Shown in pieces: positions 59,289-64,000 of a DNA stretch of 64,000 nucleotides. Origin of the DNA: Candidatus Helarchaeota archaeon (lineage in GTDB: Archaea > Asgardarchaeota > Lokiarchaeia > Helarchaeales > RDOG01); contig JAHPZH010000001.1 in assembly GCA_019058315.1 (NCBI GenBank), positions 471,536 to 535,535 on the forward strand, given 5' to 3'. Both the position numbers and the translations under genes were made by a program. The notes beneath the pieces are model-generated. The model did not search any database. It was given only the letters and a program-made list of their open reading frames with translations, and was not told the origin of the DNA. The stretch's first letter is position 1, and each line of letters opens with the position of its first letter.

Positions 59289-59957
59289 TTGGTTACTTCA
59301 TTGAGTGATAAAAAGGACCAGGAAAAAATTAGCCATTATGGAAAAGGACTTGCAATGTTCACTTTAGGAAAATATCAGGAAGCAATTGAATGCTTTGAGG
59401 AATTATTAAAAATTGATCCTAAAAGAAAGTTCGCTTGGTTTAATTTGGGACTTAGTTATTTAAAATTAAACAAATTTGAGAAAGCTATAGAATCTTTTAA
59501 AAGACTTCTTAAAATTGACAATAGAGACATTGATGGTTGGGTTAATATGGGTTTGGCATATGGAAATCTAGATAATTATCAAAAAGAAATCGAATGCTAT
59601 CAAGAAGCAATTAAAATAGACCCAGAACATAAAACTGCTTTGTATAATATGGGACATGCCTATGAAAATTCTGATTTTCCTAAGGCAATTGAGTATTATA
59701 AAAAAGTAGTTGCTATTGATCCCAAATATGTTGATGCATGGTTTAATATGAGTATACTAAATTATCATTTGAAAAATTATAATGAATCTATTAATTGTCT
59801 TGAAAACGTTATTAAATTAAATCCAAAAGAAGATGGAGCTTTTATTACCTTGGCAGCTAATCATATTAAATTAAAAAATTATCAGAAAGCATTAGAAAAT
59901 TTTGAAAAGGCTATAGAGATTAATCCTAATTTAAAATGGGCTGAGCGGATTAAATAG
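59289..59957 (+). CDS. TPR repeat protein
   Basis: About six 34-aa W.N.G..Y......A...Y..A..IDP repeats. Confidence 0.93.
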   Translation: MVTSLSDKKDQEKISHYGKGLAMFTLGKYQEAIECFEELLKIDPKRKFAWFNLGLSYLKLNKFEKAIESFKRLLKIDNRDIDGWVNMGLAYGNLDNYQKEIECYQEAIKIDPEHKTALYNMGHAYENSDFPKAIEYYKKVVAIDPKYVDAWFNMSILNYHLKNYNESINCLENVIKLNPKEDGAFITLAANHIKLKNYQKALENFEKAIEINPNLKWAERIK

Positions 59958-60137
59958 TTTTTTGGAGCAGATTTTCTTTAAATTATAGGTCTTTTAACTT
60001 TTATAAGATTAAAAAAAAAATTTCGAAATATAACCAATCTTTTCCTTACAAATTCATTAAAAATTTAGTTATATCTTTAAAAAAAACTTTTTTGGAAAGG
60101 ATTTTAGGTAAAACGAAAAATTATCGCATTAAATTCA

Positions 60138-60659
60138 ATGTTAGTGATAATTATGGGAAGTTATTATATTTTAGAAATTGAAGTTAGCCCAGGTGGGGCT
60201 AGAAAAGATGATTATTATGTTCTCAATAATCTTGAAGATATAAAAAAGGCATTAGAAAAAGATTTTTCCGAGCAAGGAGAGATTTATTTATTGACTTGGT
60301 ATGGAGAAGATGTAAATTTAATGATTTGTAAAGATAATGCTGTTATGAAAACCATAAATTTACTTCCTTTTATTAAAGTGAGACTTGATGGATATCCAGA
60401 AATCAGTTTTAATAATGACGGAAAATTAATCGGATTTAATTTTGAGAAAGATGATAAAGAAAATGAGGAAGAGGATAGATTATCTTATAAACTCTTTTTA
60501 AATAAAATTAAGAAGGTTGAAGTAATTATCGATTGGAATAGTATGAAAATCCCGAAATTAGAGGGTGAAATCATTGAAAAAGGAGAACCAGTTAAAATTT
60601 ATCTTCCCCGTTGGTCTGAAATGTTTGAATTAGATTATGGCTACAATAATCTTGCTTAA
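60138..60659 (+). CDS. Hypothetical acidic protein
   Basis: ORF with plausible composition. Confidence 0.65.
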   Translation: MLVIIMGSYYILEIEVSPGGARKDDYYVLNNLEDIKKALEKDFSEQGEIYLLTWYGEDVNLMICKDNAVMKTINLLPFIKVRLDGYPEISFNNDGKLIGFNFEKDDKENEEEDRLSYKLFLNKIKKVEVIIDWNSMKIPKLEGEIIEKGEPVKIYLPRWSEMFELDYGYNNLA

Positions 60660-60929
60660 AAAAGTATCGGAAAGGTAGAGGTTGACTTTTCCATCCTTTA
60701 CTTCTTGACAATATTTAATTACTTGTGCATTTTATATCCAATTCCTTTATCTTTATGATTTAATTATCCTGAAATATTAATTGCTATAGTATCGAGTAAT
60801 TTGGTTTCAGATATTGTTGAATTAATTAAAAATAAGAAATGTAGAATAATTCGAATTTAACGAAATATAACTAATATTATATTCTATTTAATAATACCAA
60901 GAAAACTCTTATTTTAAATAAAAAACTTA

Positions 60930-61871
60930 TTATCGTAATTGTACTATATAAACGGGGATATCCTTACCTACCGAATCATTTTCTTTAATTTTTTGTTGCA
61001 ATTCTTCATTTTCTTCTTTTAAAGTAGATATATCTTTTTGCAACTTTGAAAGTTCTGATTTATCTGCTTTCTTTAATTCTTCATTTTTCTTTAGAAGTTC
61101 TTCTATTTTTTGTTCTTTTTCCTCCAGCCTTTTTTGTATAGGTTTTATTTCATCATAATCACTGATTTTTTCTTTTAATTTTAGTCTTAATTCTGCAATT
61201 TTTGCTTCTTTTAATGCAATTTCTTTCGATAACGCTTCAAGAGCTTCTTTATTTATTATATTTTCTTGCTTTTGGGAAGCAATTTCCTCTAATTCTTCAA
61301 GTTTTTGTTTGAGTAAATCATTATCTTGCTTAAGCTTATTATGTTCATGTTCAAGATCTGAAAAATCTTGTTCTTTTTTATCAATTTGTTGTTTTAAATC
61401 ATTTTTTTTGCTTTCAAATTCTTTTTCTTTAATTTTTAATTGATTTCTATTTTCTGTAAGGTCATTCTTTAAAAAATGAATTTCCGCATCTTTTTCAGAA
61501 TTTTCTTGTTCCATTTTTTCTAATGCTACCTTTTTTTCTTCAAGGATTTTTGATAATTCTTTAATCTGCTCTAGGTTTATTTGATCAATTTTGCCCAGCT
61601 CTATATTTTTTGTCCTTTGTTTATATGTATTCTTTTTTTGTTCTGCCTTTAATTTTTTCATTAATCTATTTTGTTCTTTTATTGACTGGACTGCCTGATA
61701 TTCCGCCATTTTTTTCTCTTTTTTGAGGGTTAAAATTTCTTTTTCAAGCTTAATATTTCTATCAAACCTTTCAGCTTTCTCTTGTTCTAAATTAGAAATC
61801 TGCAATACCAATTCTTTAATCCGAGCTTCAAGCTCTTTTTTACTTAATTTTTTTAGTTCTTTTTGTTCCAT
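60930..61871 (-). CDS. Long coiled-coil protein
   Basis: Continuous K/E/Q/L heptads; short beta-like C-terminus (IPVYIVQLR). Confidence 0.8.
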   Translation of the reverse strand: MEQKELKKLSKKELEARIKELVLQISNLEQEKAERFDRNIKLEKEILTLKKEKKMAEYQAVQSIKEQNRLMKKLKAEQKKNTYKQRTKNIELGKIDQINLEQIKELSKILEEKKVALEKMEQENSEKDAEIHFLKNDLTENRNQLKIKEKEFESKKNDLKQQIDKKEQDFSDLEHEHNKLKQDNDLLKQKLEELEEIASQKQENIINKEALEALSKEIALKEAKIAELRLKLKEKISDYDEIKPIQKRLEEKEQKIEELLKKNEELKKADKSELSKLQKDISTLKEENEELQQKIKENDSVGKDIPVYIVQLR

Positions 61872-62056
61872 AAAAAACCCTCAAAATATTGAAATTAATA
61901 ATATATAATCTAAAACCTATGTGAATATATACAAAATTCGATATTTTAAACTTTAATAATATTTAGGTATTCATAAATAAATATTCAATTTCATAAAGTC
62001 GAAGATTTATCGCAACTGTTAAAAATTAAGGAATATTGGATTGGTTGTAAATTATA

Positions 62057-63265
62057 TCAATCTTTTTTAAGAATACTTTTAATTAAATTTAATATTCTTG
62101 TTATTAATTCTGGTGGGATATCGTCTACACCCTCTTCTGTCAAAGCTAACTTTATTAACTTTTGTACATCTGGGTTTGAATTAGCCAAATTAATCAGAGC
62201 ATTAACTGTATTATTAAGATCATCCATTAACAAATCTCTAAATACCTTATGTGCTGAAAAAATTGTGAATAAATTTTCCTTTCGTAATTTTTTCTTATAA
62301 TTTTTTAAAATGCTTATTGAATAATCTCCCTTTTCAATAGCTTGAATTGCAGTTTCTGCAGCTAGCTTTCCTGAAGTCATTCCATAGCTGATTCCTTCTC
62401 CTATAATTGGAGAAACAAATCCCACAGCATCTCCAACTCCCATAAAACCGTTCGTGAATAATTTTTTAGAAATCCCTTGAATAGGAATTGGAAAATTGCT
62501 TTTCCATATTATATCTTGTTCTTTAAATTGTTTTTTTATTCGAGGCCATTTTAAAAATTTATGAAGATACTCCATAGGATTTCCTTTGGTTTTAAAAAGC
62601 CCCAGACCTACATTGGCAAGATCTTCAGAAAATGGAAAGACCCATGCATAAGCATTAGGAGCAATCTCATTGGATAAATAAAATAAATTAATAGAATTTT
62701 CACCATCAAGCCCTATATAACCTTTTACGAATACAACAGCACAAAATCCAAGTTGTTCTCTTTCCCATTTATTTCGAATTCCAGATTTTGGAACAATTTT
62801 TGATCCTACTCCATCGGCTGCAATCGTTATATTAGATCTGAACTCCCTAATCCCATCAGGCGTTTTAACAACTACACCTTTCACAAAGTCGTTTTCGATA
62901 ATTAAATCTTTCACAAAAGATTCTTCTATTATTTCTGCTCCACTATCTATCGCTCTATCTGCTAGAAATTTGTCAAAGATAGAACGCTTAACATTCCATC
63001 CAAAATTCGGTTCTGATTTTATAACAAAACTTTTATTGTTAGGTGCAATCATCATATTCCCAAGTATTTTCCTTTCCGCTACATTATTAGGTGGAATATT
63101 AAATTCATCCCACACATGCTTAGGAACACTTCCCCCACATGGTTTTTCCCAACGAGGAACTAATTTATGCCTTTCAAAAATAAGTACTTTCAAACCAGCA
63201 CGTGCCGCGGTTTCGCCTGCTATTGATCCCGAAGGACCAGATCCACTAATAATAACATCAAACAT
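62057..63265 (-). CDS. Geranylgeranyl reductase family flavoprotein
   Basis: GSGPSG, KPCGG, RSIFD, ADGVGS, YAWVFP, GDAVG..SP..GEGI. Confidence 0.93.
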   Translation of the reverse strand: MFDVIISGSGPSGSIAGETAARAGLKVLIFERHKLVPRWEKPCGGSVPKHVWDEFNIPPNNVAERKILGNMMIAPNNKSFVIKSEPNFGWNVKRSIFDKFLADRAIDSGAEIIEESFVKDLIIENDFVKGVVVKTPDGIREFRSNITIAADGVGSKIVPKSGIRNKWEREQLGFCAVVFVKGYIGLDGENSINLFYLSNEIAPNAYAWVFPFSEDLANVGLGLFKTKGNPMEYLHKFLKWPRIKKQFKEQDIIWKSNFPIPIQGISKKLFTNGFMGVGDAVGFVSPIIGEGISYGMTSGKLAAETAIQAIEKGDYSISILKNYKKKLRKENLFTIFSAHKVFRDLLMDDLNNTVNALINLANSNPDVQKLIKLALTEEGVDDIPPELITRILNLIKSILKKD

Positions 63266-63694
63266 TTAAACTATCTCTTTAATTTCTATTTCAAATAATT
63301 CTAAATCCTTTAAATTTTTTATATCTTCTGAAAATTTAATCATTTCTGGACTATCTCTTTTTAATTTCAATGAAATGATTTTGTTAATAATCTCCTCTTT
63401 TACTCTAATTTTTATCTTATCTGTTTCGGTTTCAAATATCGCTTCTAATATATCACTTTCTAACACACTAATATTATTCTTTCCTAAAGTACATAAAGAG
63501 GAAACTTGAATTCCATCTATTATACAAGAATATGGAGTTCTTAATTTAGTTTTTACAATCGCTTTTATAGAATGTATTTCTTTAGGTTTTAATTTTTCCC
63601 GTGCCAATAACCCAATTCTCAAACCAATTATCAAAAAGGGACCTAAATGTCCGTGAAATGCAGTTGCTCTTTTAATTAAATCATCAGTAATCAT
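63266..63694 (-). CDS. FmdE-like protein (no Zn finger)
   Basis: FHGHLGPFL..G.R.G, SCIIDGIQ...CTLGK. Confidence 0.88.
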   Translation of the reverse strand: MITDDLIKRATAFHGHLGPFLIIGLRIGLLAREKLKPKEIHSIKAIVKTKLRTPYSCIIDGIQVSSLCTLGKNNISVLESDILEAIFETETDKIKIRVKEEIINKIISLKLKRDSPEMIKFSEDIKNLKDLELFEIEIKEIV

Positions 63695-63695
63695 A

Positions 63696-64000
<305 letters not shown>

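Noticed and set aside
60669-60692. Hairpin GGAAAGGT...ACTTTTCC as a second SECIS
   Set aside because: Lacks the AUGA/GA core and neighbouring genes have no UGA at a Cys position; likely a terminator between convergent genes.
1504-63269. Numerous short antisense or overlapping ORFs (e.g. 10570-10902, 11251-11667, 14697-15053, 43082-43546, 48376-48753, 62970-63269)
   Set aside because: Shadows of well-supported genes on the opposite strand or in another frame; no motifs.

Overview
AT-rich, gene-dense archaeal chromosomal window. It encodes an archaeal histone and TFB, has GGAG/AGGTG Shine-Dalgarno sites and many TTG starts. A ubiquitin-like protein, a eukaryote-type SECIS, and LRR/HEAT/TPR proteins point to an Asgard archaeon (Loki/Hel-like; inference). 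Main blocks: fmdE, two ferredoxins, cysS with tRNA-Cys, and a DUF433/DUF5615 toxin-antitoxin pair; a large proteostasis cluster (pepA, ubiquitin-like protein, hsp20, PAC2, grpE-dnaK, a tRNA-like element, a stand-alone DnaK-lid protein, dnaJ, clpB); tfb; an accessory region; a zupT/feoA/split-feoB/feoC/DtxR metal locus; and a MacB/LolD-type ABC system with a 2177-aa FG-GAP surface protein. Four observations stand out. (1) A hidden selenoprotein: the DsbA/FrnE-like ORF extends upstream through an in-frame UGA in a U-P-W-C redox motif and has a eukaryote-like AUGA/GA SECIS in its 3' UTR. (2) A 3-fold symmetric 12-Cys protein resembling spliceosomal PHF5A/Rds3. (3) A non-canonical tRNA-Val-like element plus a free-standing copy of the DnaK lid inside the dnaK operon. 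(4) A giant integrin-alpha-like beta-propeller protein with its own ABC system. No CRISPR array, transposase or integrase was seen.
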